Part shown: one piece after another, positions 55,100 through 63,006 of the stretch
How the letters are laid out: the number at the start of each line of letters is the position of its first letter
Position numbering within the stretch: position 1 is the stretch's first letter
IMG/VR virus record: IMGVR_UViG_3300045988_131014
Span: 1-64,000 of that record
Length of the DNA: 64,000 nucleotides
Reading direction: 5' to 3' (one strand)
Source: a virus
Notes under the pieces: generated by a model
Seen by the model: only the letters and a program-made list of their open reading frames with translations
Databases searched by the model: none
What the model was told of the DNA's origin: nothing
Program-made: the position numbers and the translations under genes

Positions 55100-56284
55100 A
55101 TGGCATTTGCAACTACCATTTATGTTGTTATTTATCCAAAATTTTTCAATGAAAGATTGGATTGTACCAAATTGAAATCCTATGACAATATATCAGATGT
55201 AGATTTAGCAAGTTGGCAAGATTTAATCAAATTACAGAAAGAACATCTAACGCAGCTTGAAGCTGATTCATTAGAACTAATCAAAGAAAAGACAGAGAAA
55301 TTTAATACATATACTTCGATAATTCCTGTCTCTATGGGTAAGGATTCAATGCTTACCTGTCATCTAGTCAGAAAATTATATCCAGAAACAAAAGCAATAT
55401 TCAATAATACATCACTTGATTGTGTTGACACATATAGAATGATTAAGACTTTCCCTAATTGTGAGATTATGAATCCTGAGAAGGGATTTTACCAATATAT
55501 TAAAGAACAAAATATTATATTTAATAGAATTTCTCGTGGTTGTTGTAGAATCTTCAAAGTAGGTGAAATGGTTAGGCGTTTAGACCATAACAAACCATAT
55601 TTAATGTGGATGGGTATGCGAAACGAAGAATCTAATACTAGAAGCGGATATCAGGATGAATGGGTAAACGAAGCTGAATGGGGAAATACATGTTGGCAGG
55701 GAATACTACCAATAAGAAAATGGGACGAAATAGATGTCTGGTTATATACAATATGGAAAAATATTGAAATAAATTCAAAGTATAAAAAGGGATATTCAAG
55801 GGTTGGCTGTGCCGTATCGTGCCCTTACTACACCAAATCAACGTGGATTCTTGATAAATATTGGTATCCAACAATGAGAAATCGTTGGGAGAATATTTTA
55901 AAAGAAGACTTTATAGGCAATTCAAAATGGTTAGTTATGAATTGCACAGTAGATGAATATATCAATCAAGCTTGGAATGGTGGCGTGTTTAGAGATGAAC
56001 CAACAAAAGAGGTTATTAAAGAATATGCTAAGTATAGCAATTTAGATGAGAAAGTTGCTGCACAGTATTTTAACAAATATTGTGACAATGGATGCAAGTC
56101 TCAATCTGGTAAGTTGAAGCGAATTAAGGCGAAGGATGTTATTGGTATGAACTTAAAATATCATGGAAGGAATATCAATAAGTTTTATTGTAAAAAGTGT
56201 CTCATGAAAATGTATAACATGGATGAAGAAAAATGGAACAAACAAGTAGAAAGATTTAAACAATCAGGATGTGATTTGTTTTAA
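55100..56284 (+). CDS. PAPS reductase / PP-loop ATP pyrophosphatase family protein with C-terminal Cys cluster
   Basis: PP-loop variant IIPVSMGKDSMLTCHLV; later CAVSCPYY and CKKC; no SD at the annotated start. Confidence 0.6.
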   Translation: MAFATTIYVVIYPKFFNERLDCTKLKSYDNISDVDLASWQDLIKLQKEHLTQLEADSLELIKEKTEKFNTYTSIIPVSMGKDSMLTCHLVRKLYPETKAIFNNTSLDCVDTYRMIKTFPNCEIMNPEKGFYQYIKEQNIIFNRISRGCCRIFKVGEMVRRLDHNKPYLMWMGMRNEESNTRSGYQDEWVNEAEWGNTCWQGILPIRKWDEIDVWLYTIWKNIEINSKYKKGYSRVGCAVSCPYYTKSTWILDKYWYPTMRNRWENILKEDFIGNSKWLVMNCTVDEYINQAWNGGVFRDEPTKEVIKEYAKYSNLDEKVAAQYFNKYCDNGCKSQSGKLKRIKAKDVIGMNLKYHGRNINKFYCKKCLMKMYNMDEEKWNKQVERFKQSGCDLF

Positions 56285-56405
56285 AACAGAGAATAATATG
56301 ATGTAACAATTAATCATATCTAAGCCATTCGGCTATGGGAATCCCAATAAATAAGAGAATATTACAGTGTAACCAATAAAAATATTACATATAAAGGATA
56401 TTGAA

Positions 56406-56957
56406 ATGAAGAACACAAATTGGAAAGTGCCAGTAATTATTGGCGTAGGAGTATTAGCAGTTATTTTGATGATTGTATTTGGTGTACAGAGTTCGCAGAA
56501 TAAAGCTATTGCACTTGAGGAGCAGGTAAATACAGCGTCATCAGATATTAAGGTACAGGAAAAACGAAGAGTTGACCTTGTATATAACCTTGCTGATTGT
56601 GTAAAACAGTATGACAAACATGAAGCTGATACATTGACAGCAGTTGCAGATGGTCGTGGATCAACAGGAGATATTGAGAATGTAACAACAGCTATCACAG
56701 CGGTTGCAGAAGCATATCCTGAGTTGAAGTCCAATGAGAACTATAAGACTCTTATGAATGAGTTATCTATGACAGAGAATATGATTGCAGAGTATCGCAG
56801 CAATTATAATAAACAGATTAAGGAATACAAGCGATATGTGAGAAAGTTCCCTACAAGACAGTTTCTTGGATTGCTTGGATATGAAGTACAGGAATATGAG
56901 TATCTGGATTACAATGCACCAGTTGATGCTCCACAGGATTTGTTTAAAGAGGATTAG
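56406..56957 (+). CDS. lemA: LemA-family membrane protein
   Basis: N-terminal TM, then QNKAIALEEQVNTASSDIKVQEKRRVDLVYNL..AYPELKSNENY..L..EL..TEN.I..R..YN..I..Y. Confidence 0.85.
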   Translation: MKNTNWKVPVIIGVGVLAVILMIVFGVQSSQNKAIALEEQVNTASSDIKVQEKRRVDLVYNLADCVKQYDKHEADTLTAVADGRGSTGDIENVTTAITAVAEAYPELKSNENYKTLMNELSMTENMIAEYRSNYNKQIKEYKRYVRKFPTRQFLGLLGYEVQEYEYLDYNAPVDAPQDLFKED

Positions 56958-56960
56958 TCT

Positions 56961-57722
56961 ATGAGATATGGTAGAAAAGGTTTTGATTTTGGCGATTTTG
57001 AAATAACAAAACGGGAAATCTTGGCTAGTATTTCTATCATTGCAGTTATGATTCTGTTTGATATTCTGATTTCTTCCAAGATTTCAGAATACCAAATGGA
57101 TAAAAATGAAATTTATAACAAAGCTGTTAAGATAGAAAGTCAAGAAATGTTCCAATATGGAATGGATACAAATGTTGGTAATGCGTTTGTATATGGTGAC
57201 TTGAAAGCAGTTGATACAGTTACATATCCTGAAATTAGTGGGGAATATATGTATGTAGAAAAAGTCAAAGAGCGATATACGATGCATACAAGAGTTGTTA
57301 CATATACAACGGGTAGTGGAAAAACAAGACGAACTCATACAAGAACAGAAACATATTGGACTTGGGATAGAGTTGGAAGTGAAGATATTAAGTGTAAAAA
57401 AGTATCATTTTGTGGAGTAAATTTCACAAGTAATAAAATTGATTTACCTGGTACTGGTTATATTGACACTATCAAGGAATCAAGTCATGTAAGGTATAAG
57501 TATTATGGTGTTGGTACTGAATATAAAGGAACAATTTTTACAGATTTGAGAGATAAAACCATTTCTGATAACACATCATTTTATAATAATTCAACTATTG
57601 ATGAGACGATAGAAAGGCTAGAATCTGATTTTCCAATTATTATTTTCTGGATCTTTTGGGTTATTTTAATTGGTGGAATGGTATTTGGTTTCTATTATTT
57701 AGATAATAGATGGTTGGATTAG
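56961..57722 (+). CDS. membrane protein partner of LemA (N- and C-terminal TM segments)
   Basis: 253-aa ORF 3 nt after lemA; TM segments ILASISIIAVMILFDILI and IIIFWIFWVILIGGMVFGFYY. Confidence 0.65.
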   Translation: MRYGRKGFDFGDFEITKREILASISIIAVMILFDILISSKISEYQMDKNEIYNKAVKIESQEMFQYGMDTNVGNAFVYGDLKAVDTVTYPEISGEYMYVEKVKERYTMHTRVVTYTTGSGKTRRTHTRTETYWTWDRVGSEDIKCKKVSFCGVNFTSNKIDLPGTGYIDTIKESSHVRYKYYGVGTEYKGTIFTDLRDKTISDNTSFYNNSTIDETIERLESDFPIIIFWIFWVILIGGMVFGFYYLDNRWLD

Positions 57723-57750
57723 GATTTTTTCAAGTGAGGTTAAAGGATAA

Positions 57751-57963
57751 ATGGACAAAGAAATTAAAAATAAATTAATTGAATGGGTAAAGAACAATTA
57801 TAGCCCAAAGGTGTGTGGGTATACAGAAATGAGATCTTCTGGGAATGAATCTGATGTATTTTGTGATGGATATGATTGTGGTATATCAAACGCTGCATAT
57901 GAAATTGGTTGTATTCTTGGTATGGAATTAAAAGAACCTGAAGAGCAGGACTATGGCTTCTAA
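57751..57963 (+). CDS. hypothetical protein
   Basis: 70-aa ORF with GTGAGG upstream. Confidence 0.55.
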   Translation: MDKEIKNKLIEWVKNNYSPKVCGYTEMRSSGNESDVFCDGYDCGISNAAYEIGCILGMELKEPEEQDYGF

Positions 57964-58011
57964 AATTTTAAATGAATTTTTTCTTTCCCTTGGATAGATT
58001 GGAGGTATTAT

Positions 58012-58200
58012 ATGCCTTTTACAGTAGATTTTAGTTCAATAAGAACAGTTAGAGTTCACAAAGAACAATTTGACGCAATAGACAATAAAGCAAATGTCGT
58101 AATGATTACTTGCATTGAGGACGGAAGAGTTATTCCATTCAATAGAGCTGATAGCGAAAAAGATAAAATTGATAGATTGAACAGGAATAGTGGAGAATAA
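58012..58200 (+). CDS. hypothetical protein
   Basis: TTGGAGG upstream. Confidence 0.6.
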   Translation: MPFTVDFSSIRTVRVHKEQFDAIDNKANVVMITCIEDGRVIPFNRADSEKDKIDRLNRNSGE

Positions 58201-58204
58201 CATT

Positions 58205-58939
58205 ATGGATAATTTAACACGTAGAGAAGAAGTAAATCTTCATGAAGCAATTCAGAAATCTTTTCCTAAAATTCTTATCAAGGATCTAACAGAACATGAA
58301 AGAATCTGTCCTGTCTGTAATGGTCTTGGTATGATCATTGAAAACAATATTTATGGAATCAAAGGTGACAAGTCCGAAGCTGCGAAACGAGAACCCTTCC
58401 CATATAAGCATCAAGCACTTTCATTTTGTCAGAGTTGTTTTAATGGAGTACAGAGATTATGTCCTTATTGTGAACAGCCTTATAAGAATCAGGGATATAT
58501 GCATTGTGATTGTGAAGGACAAAAGAAAGCTGATGAAGAAGAGAGAATAAAGAAGTGGAATGAGAAAGTAGCAAATGCAGTAGCTGTTGATGAAAAAGAT
58601 GTAGATACAATGCTGTACTGTGAGGAATTTGACGAGTATTACGACACTGTTGATGATTTCTTTGACGATTATGCATGTAATCATGAAGAAGATGATAATG
58701 AAAGACCTGTACGATTATGGGTATGTAGCGTAGAGAAGATTTATATTGATGCTGATAATGTAGCTGATAATGCTTGTGAAGATCTACATGAAGATGCTTA
58801 TGAACAATGCGATATTGGTGGTCTGCAAACTCTGTTAGATGGCTGGTGCGAAGCTCAAACAGGAACTACTACATATTATCCTTGTTATGAAAAATATGTA
58901 GAAATTGATTGGGGTAAATATGAAGATTGTAGCAGGTAA
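58205..58939 (+). CDS. hypothetical protein with DnaJ-like CxxCxGxG zinc motif and acidic tail
   Basis: CPVCNGLGMI, CQSC..CPYC. Confidence 0.6.
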   Translation: MDNLTRREEVNLHEAIQKSFPKILIKDLTEHERICPVCNGLGMIIENNIYGIKGDKSEAAKREPFPYKHQALSFCQSCFNGVQRLCPYCEQPYKNQGYMHCDCEGQKKADEEERIKKWNEKVANAVAVDEKDVDTMLYCEEFDEYYDTVDDFFDDYACNHEEDDNERPVRLWVCSVEKIYIDADNVADNACEDLHEDAYEQCDIGGLQTLLDGWCEAQTGTTTYYPCYEKYVEIDWGKYEDCSR

Positions 58940-59234
58940 TTATTTCGGTAAAAATATTCAGTTTGTATGTAGATGCTGCAACTGTGTATATGAAGTTGAA
59001 TCAAAGGATGATTGGAATGTTCAGATGATATTTCCTAACTATTATAGTTTTAAATATAAAGTTCCTGAATATGGAGTAACTTGTCCTAATTGTGGTCATG
59101 AAGAATATCTTGGTTGCGATCAAGATGACTTGATAGGAACTGAATCTGAAAACCTACACTGTCCTTGGATTCCATTATTAAAGAAGAGAGCAGATTGGAA
59201 TGAACGATATAGGGTTGAGCCAATAAGAGAATAA
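58920..59234 (+). CDS. hypothetical zinc-ribbon protein
   Basis: CRCCNC..CPNCGH. Confidence 0.55.
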   Translation: MKIVAGNYFGKNIQFVCRCCNCVYEVESKDDWNVQMIFPNYYSFKYKVPEYGVTCPNCGHEEYLGCDQDDLIGTESENLHCPWIPLLKKRADWNERYRVEPIRE

Positions 59235-59253
59235 GTATTTGTGAGGTGAGTAG

Positions 59254-59478
59254 ATGAGAGCATACAAATGTGATGTTTGTGGTAAGTATTGTGAAGATTG
59301 TTTTGAAATTAAGGATGATACATTTGATGTCTTCCCATCAGATTTCGTTGACAGAGGACAATATGATAAAAAAAAGGTGGAAGTACGAGATTTGTGTTCT
59401 GAATGTTATGTAGATATTAAAAATTATATTCATAACAAAGTATTCAATAGGTTTAAGAAAGAGGAAGAATCGAAGTAA
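59254..59478 (+). CDS. hypothetical zinc-ribbon protein
   Basis: GTGAGGTGAG upstream; CDVCGK..CSEC. Confidence 0.6.
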   Translation: MRAYKCDVCGKYCEDCFEIKDDTFDVFPSDFVDRGQYDKKKVEVRDLCSECYVDIKNYIHNKVFNRFKKEEESK

Positions 59479-59514
59479 AGATTCGTTTCTTGTGGAATGA
59501 AAGGAGAATATATA

Positions 59515-59790
59515 ATGAATGAAGAATTTTTATTAATCGTAGAAAGCTTAGAAAAATATAAGGATCTATTAGAAAGCAAAAATGATGAAATTTGTGATGG
59601 AATGACTGAAGGCGAAAAAAGAGCATATCAGTTAGGAATTACAAATATGTATGAAATGTTGAAACAAATTATTGAACATGATCACAGCGAAGGTAATTAT
59701 AACGTATTTGTTCCTGAGATTAAGGAAGAAGAATCTGGTGAATATGATTTAGAAGATTTTATTGAGTGGGATTTTAAAAATAGAGAATAA
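59515..59790 (+). CDS. hypothetical acidic protein
   Basis: AAAGGAG 9 nt upstream. Confidence 0.6.
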   Translation: MNEEFLLIVESLEKYKDLLESKNDEICDGMTEGEKRAYQLGITNMYEMLKQIIEHDHSEGNYNVFVPEIKEEESGEYDLEDFIEWDFKNRE

Positions 59791-59828
59791 ATAAGTAAGA
59801 ATTATCGGTTTCCTTTGGAGGTGAAAAA

Positions 59829-60410
59829 TTGGAGAAAGAAATAGTATACATTGCAGATTTAGACCAAGATGTTGATGATGTTGTTGCAGCACATTATCTT
59901 CATAACGAAGGTGTATTGAAATGTGTTGTATGTGATCCATATCCAATGACAGAAGATGGGTTGAAAAGAAAAGACATTCTTGAAAGTTTGGGCGTTCAAG
60001 TATTAAAGAAAATGCCACCAGTTGCAAAATATGTATTTGTTGGTGGTGCATTAACGCTTGTTGCCGATTATATCAAAATGCATCACATTGACTGGTTAGT
60101 AATGAATGGTGGTTTTGTTGGTACAAACATCGCTTCGTTTGAACTGGATAAATTTAAAGGAAAAGAAACAGTAAGAACATTAGTAACAGATAACAAGAAA
60201 AGCTTTAGAGTTGGTGAAGATGTTGCATTTACGTTATTCAATAAAGTGACAAATCATCACGATCACTACATAGGAAATATTATAGAAATGACAGACACTT
60301 CTATTAAAATTTCTAATATTGAAATTGATAGATGTCATGAAGATGGCGAAATGATTATTGACTTAGAAAATATTGAATCCAATAGCTGTAATTATGTGTA
60401 TTATGATTAA
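59829..60410 (+). CDS. short protein with nucleoside-hydrolase-like N-terminal Asp cluster (TTG start)
   Basis: IADLDQDVDDVVAAHYL resembles the IU-nucleoside hydrolase DxDxxxDD signature, but the protein is only 193 aa; GGAGGTG upstream. Confidence 0.4.
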   Translation: MEKEIVYIADLDQDVDDVVAAHYLHNEGVLKCVVCDPYPMTEDGLKRKDILESLGVQVLKKMPPVAKYVFVGGALTLVADYIKMHHIDWLVMNGGFVGTNIASFELDKFKGKETVRTLVTDNKKSFRVGEDVAFTLFNKVTNHHDHYIGNIIEMTDTSIKISNIEIDRCHEDGEMIIDLENIESNSCNYVYYD

Positions 60411-60442
60411 AACAGAGAATATATAGTTAGAGAGGTGAGAAT

Positions 60443-60727
60443 GTGATTCAAGTAATTGAGACAAATTTAAGCATTGACAAAGATGACACCATAAGAGATC
60501 ATCAGTCACGAATTGTTGAAGTTGAAGATTGGGATACATATTGCAAAGCATTTGAAAAATATAATGGCGAAGCCGTTTATTTCAAGTCAAAGACTATGCG
60601 TGGTTACAGTATCTTATCGAATTGCACAATGACAGATTTGATATATGATGACATTCATTTATCTTGTATGGTCTTACACCGATCAGGTTTTATTACTAAG
60701 AAACTTGCATATAGAATTGTTCTATAA
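60443..60727 (+). CDS. hypothetical protein (GTG start)
   Basis: GAGAGGTGAG upstream. Confidence 0.55.
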   Translation: MIQVIETNLSIDKDDTIRDHQSRIVEVEDWDTYCKAFEKYNGEAVYFKSKTMRGYSILSNCTMTDLIYDDIHLSCMVLHRSGFITKKLAYRIVL

Positions 60728-60796
60728 TCTATGACTCATTCGAGTCACAATTTCCAATAAAAAGAAAATCGAATAGAGAATAAGTAAGAGGTGGAT

Positions 60797-61129
60797 ATGG
60801 ATAATCAAACATATAACGCTTGCCGTTGTTTTATTAGTAATATTGATTCAATAAGCAGTAATGCAAAAATTGTTATTGATAACATTAAATCTTATAACAA
60901 TGATACTGATTCATCAGCAAAATTATTTATTCATTCAAAACACTCCAATACGGAAAACATACTAACAGAAGATGAGGTAAATCTGGTAATTTCAATGCTA
61001 TTGAAAAAATATAAGAAAAGTATTGAGCAATATCAAAAGGAATTGAATGAATGTATTAATGAAGAAGTTTTGAAAATAACGGAGACATTAAAAGAGTTGG
61101 ATAATAAGAGTAAAACAGAGAATAAGTAA
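60797..61129 (+). CDS. hypothetical protein
   Basis: AAGAGGTGG upstream. Confidence 0.6.
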   Translation: MDNQTYNACRCFISNIDSISSNAKIVIDNIKSYNNDTDSSAKLFIHSKHSNTENILTEDEVNLVISMLLKKYKKSIEQYQKELNECINEEVLKITETLKELDNKSKTENK

Positions 61130-61144
61130 GTGAAAGGAAAACAT

Positions 61145-61300
61145 ATGAGTAAGAAAATTATTGTAAAGATTACAAGATTATTATGCAAGCTAACACATAA
61201 TGAATTTCTCATTATATTAGATGGAATCAGCTCTTGGTCTGTATCTAAGAATACACATATAAGAGATGTGGTTTATTATCATAGAAAATTATTATCATAG
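61145..61300 (+). CDS. hypothetical small protein
   Basis: GAAAGGAAAA upstream; 51 aa. Confidence 0.45.
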   Translation: MSKKIIVKITRLLCKLTHNEFLIILDGISSWSVSKNTHIRDVVYYHRKLLS

Positions 61301-61356
61301 AAAAACAGAAAGTTGATTGTAAATCACTGTTTCATTCGGATTTTGAGGAGGTGAAC

Positions 61357-61590
61357 ATGTTAGTAGTTTTAATGAGTATTCATATAATTGGAGCAATTAT
61401 TACTATTATTATTCATTGTAGAGACGGAACAATGGAACATGCTTCAAAATATGGAGATGGATTTAGATTTGCAAAACCGTCAGATATTATATTTCAAGAT
61501 TGCTTACTATGGGAAATTCAATTAGTAATTCATACGATAGTCTTTGTAGAAGATTACATAAACAGTAAATTCAATAAGCATTTTCATTGA
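61357..61590 (+). CDS. small membrane protein
   Basis: GAGGAGGTG upstream; LVVLMSIHIIGAIITIIIH TM. Confidence 0.6.
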   Translation: MLVVLMSIHIIGAIITIIIHCRDGTMEHASKYGDGFRFAKPSDIIFQDCLLWEIQLVIHTIVFVEDYINSKFNKHFH

Positions 61591-61844
61591 ACAAATCAGT
61601 TCAAAATTTTCAAAAACAAAATGTCACGAATAATATATAAAATCCGTGACAAACAAGAGAATAAATAAATGCGGAAAGCATTTGTACAGGTGGAAGAACA
61701 GCATACCCTTGGGCTTTTGCGCTCAAAAATCACTGTTGAAGATAGATTTTTACATAAATTTATTTTCTGTGTTCCAGTCGCAAGACTGTTCAAATATAGT
61801 TATCAAAAAATTTTATTTCATATTATAAGGAGGACATTTTTTAA

Positions 61845-62921
61845 ATGGCAGAGACAAAGAAAAAAGGAAGATTATTTGATTTACCTGAGACAAAGGGTGC
61901 ATTCCAGTTAAAGGGAGTTGTATCTGGTATGGAGAAGGATACGGCATTTAAGGAAATTAAGACCAAAAGTGGGAAACCTATGAGAATGCTTAATTTTGGT
62001 ACAAGTTATCTTGGCGGTGAGACATTATATGTCAATCTTCAGGGAATGGAACAGGAATATGTTTATTTCTATAAGAGGGCTGAAAAGAAGGGTGAAAAGG
62101 CTGATATTGTAAAAGTACCTTGGGCTGATAGATTTTCTTATAACCGTGAAGGATATCGCATGATTGGTAAGAATATCGGTGTAAAGAAGAAGGTTGATTC
62201 TGAGGGTAAGACAGTTAATGACAAGAAGGTTCTTACAGATTTTGATGCTTGTAAGGAAGTTAAAGAGAATCTGAAGGATGGTGCAAGCGTATTTATTCGT
62301 GGAAATCTTGATTATAGCAGTTTTACAGATGATAAGGGTAATAAGAGAACATCTACAAAGCTTGTTCCAAATCAAATTTCACTTTGCTCAGAGGTAAACT
62401 TTGATGATGAGAAGTTTGAGAAGCAGAATGATTTCAACCAGGTAATTATTTTCATGGAAATCGAGCAGGAAAAGGATGATAACGATAAGCCAACAGGCAG
62501 ATTTATTGTCCTTGCAAAGATTGTTACATACAGCAATATTGAGGATGTTCAGTTTATCATCGAGGATAAGGCTCTCGCTAATAAGTTTAAGAAGTCACTT
62601 AATCCTTACAATGCAATTAAGGTAAGTGGACATATGGTTTCTTCTACTCAGACAGAGACAGTTGCAACAGATGATGATGACAATTGGGGTGAAGAGGACA
62701 GCATGGAGAAAGTATCTGCACCTACAAAGAGAGAGTTTATTATCACAGGAGCAAAGGGTTCTTCAATTGATAAGGAACTTTATACAGAGGAGAATGTAAC
62801 AGAGGCTATTGCAAAGATTAAGAATGCAAATAAGGCAGAGGAGAGTTTTGGTTCTGATTCTAATGACGATTGGGGAGATGGAACAGATCTTGATGATGGA
62901 GACGATGAAGCGTGGGATTAA
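61845..62921 (+). CDS. putative single-stranded DNA-binding protein with acidic C-terminal tail
   Basis: 358 aa with AAGGAGG upstream; C-terminus DDWGDGTDLDDGDDEAWD is typical of SSB protein-interaction tails; the fold is not verifiable by eye. Confidence 0.4.
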   Translation: MAETKKKGRLFDLPETKGAFQLKGVVSGMEKDTAFKEIKTKSGKPMRMLNFGTSYLGGETLYVNLQGMEQEYVYFYKRAEKKGEKADIVKVPWADRFSYNREGYRMIGKNIGVKKKVDSEGKTVNDKKVLTDFDACKEVKENLKDGASVFIRGNLDYSSFTDDKGNKRTSTKLVPNQISLCSEVNFDDEKFEKQNDFNQVIIFMEIEQEKDDNDKPTGRFIVLAKIVTYSNIEDVQFIIEDKALANKFKKSLNPYNAIKVSGHMVSSTQTETVATDDDDNWGEEDSMEKVSAPTKREFIITGAKGSSIDKELYTEENVTEAIAKIKNANKAEESFGSDSNDDWGDGTDLDDGDDEAWD

Positions 62922-63006
62922 TTCTCACAACAGAGAATAACTAAGTGGAACGTCAGAAATGGCGTTCCAATAAATCAATATTATAGAATTACGGAGGAAT
63001 TATTTA

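Noticed and set aside
32080-56734. Long antisense ORFs in the track (32080..32535, 36339..36791, 38358..38681, 49816..50211, 56333..56734 and similar)
   Set aside because: Each lies opposite a gene with clear family motifs. They lack SD sites and have shadow-ORF composition.
61596-61911. Track ORFs 61596..61793(-), 61646..61828(+), 61669..61911(+) upstream of the SSB-like gene
   Set aside because: They are mutually overlapping frames in an intergenic region that carries the junction motif and a hairpin (GTCACG..CGTGAC). They have no SD, and the next real start at 61845 has AAGGAGG.
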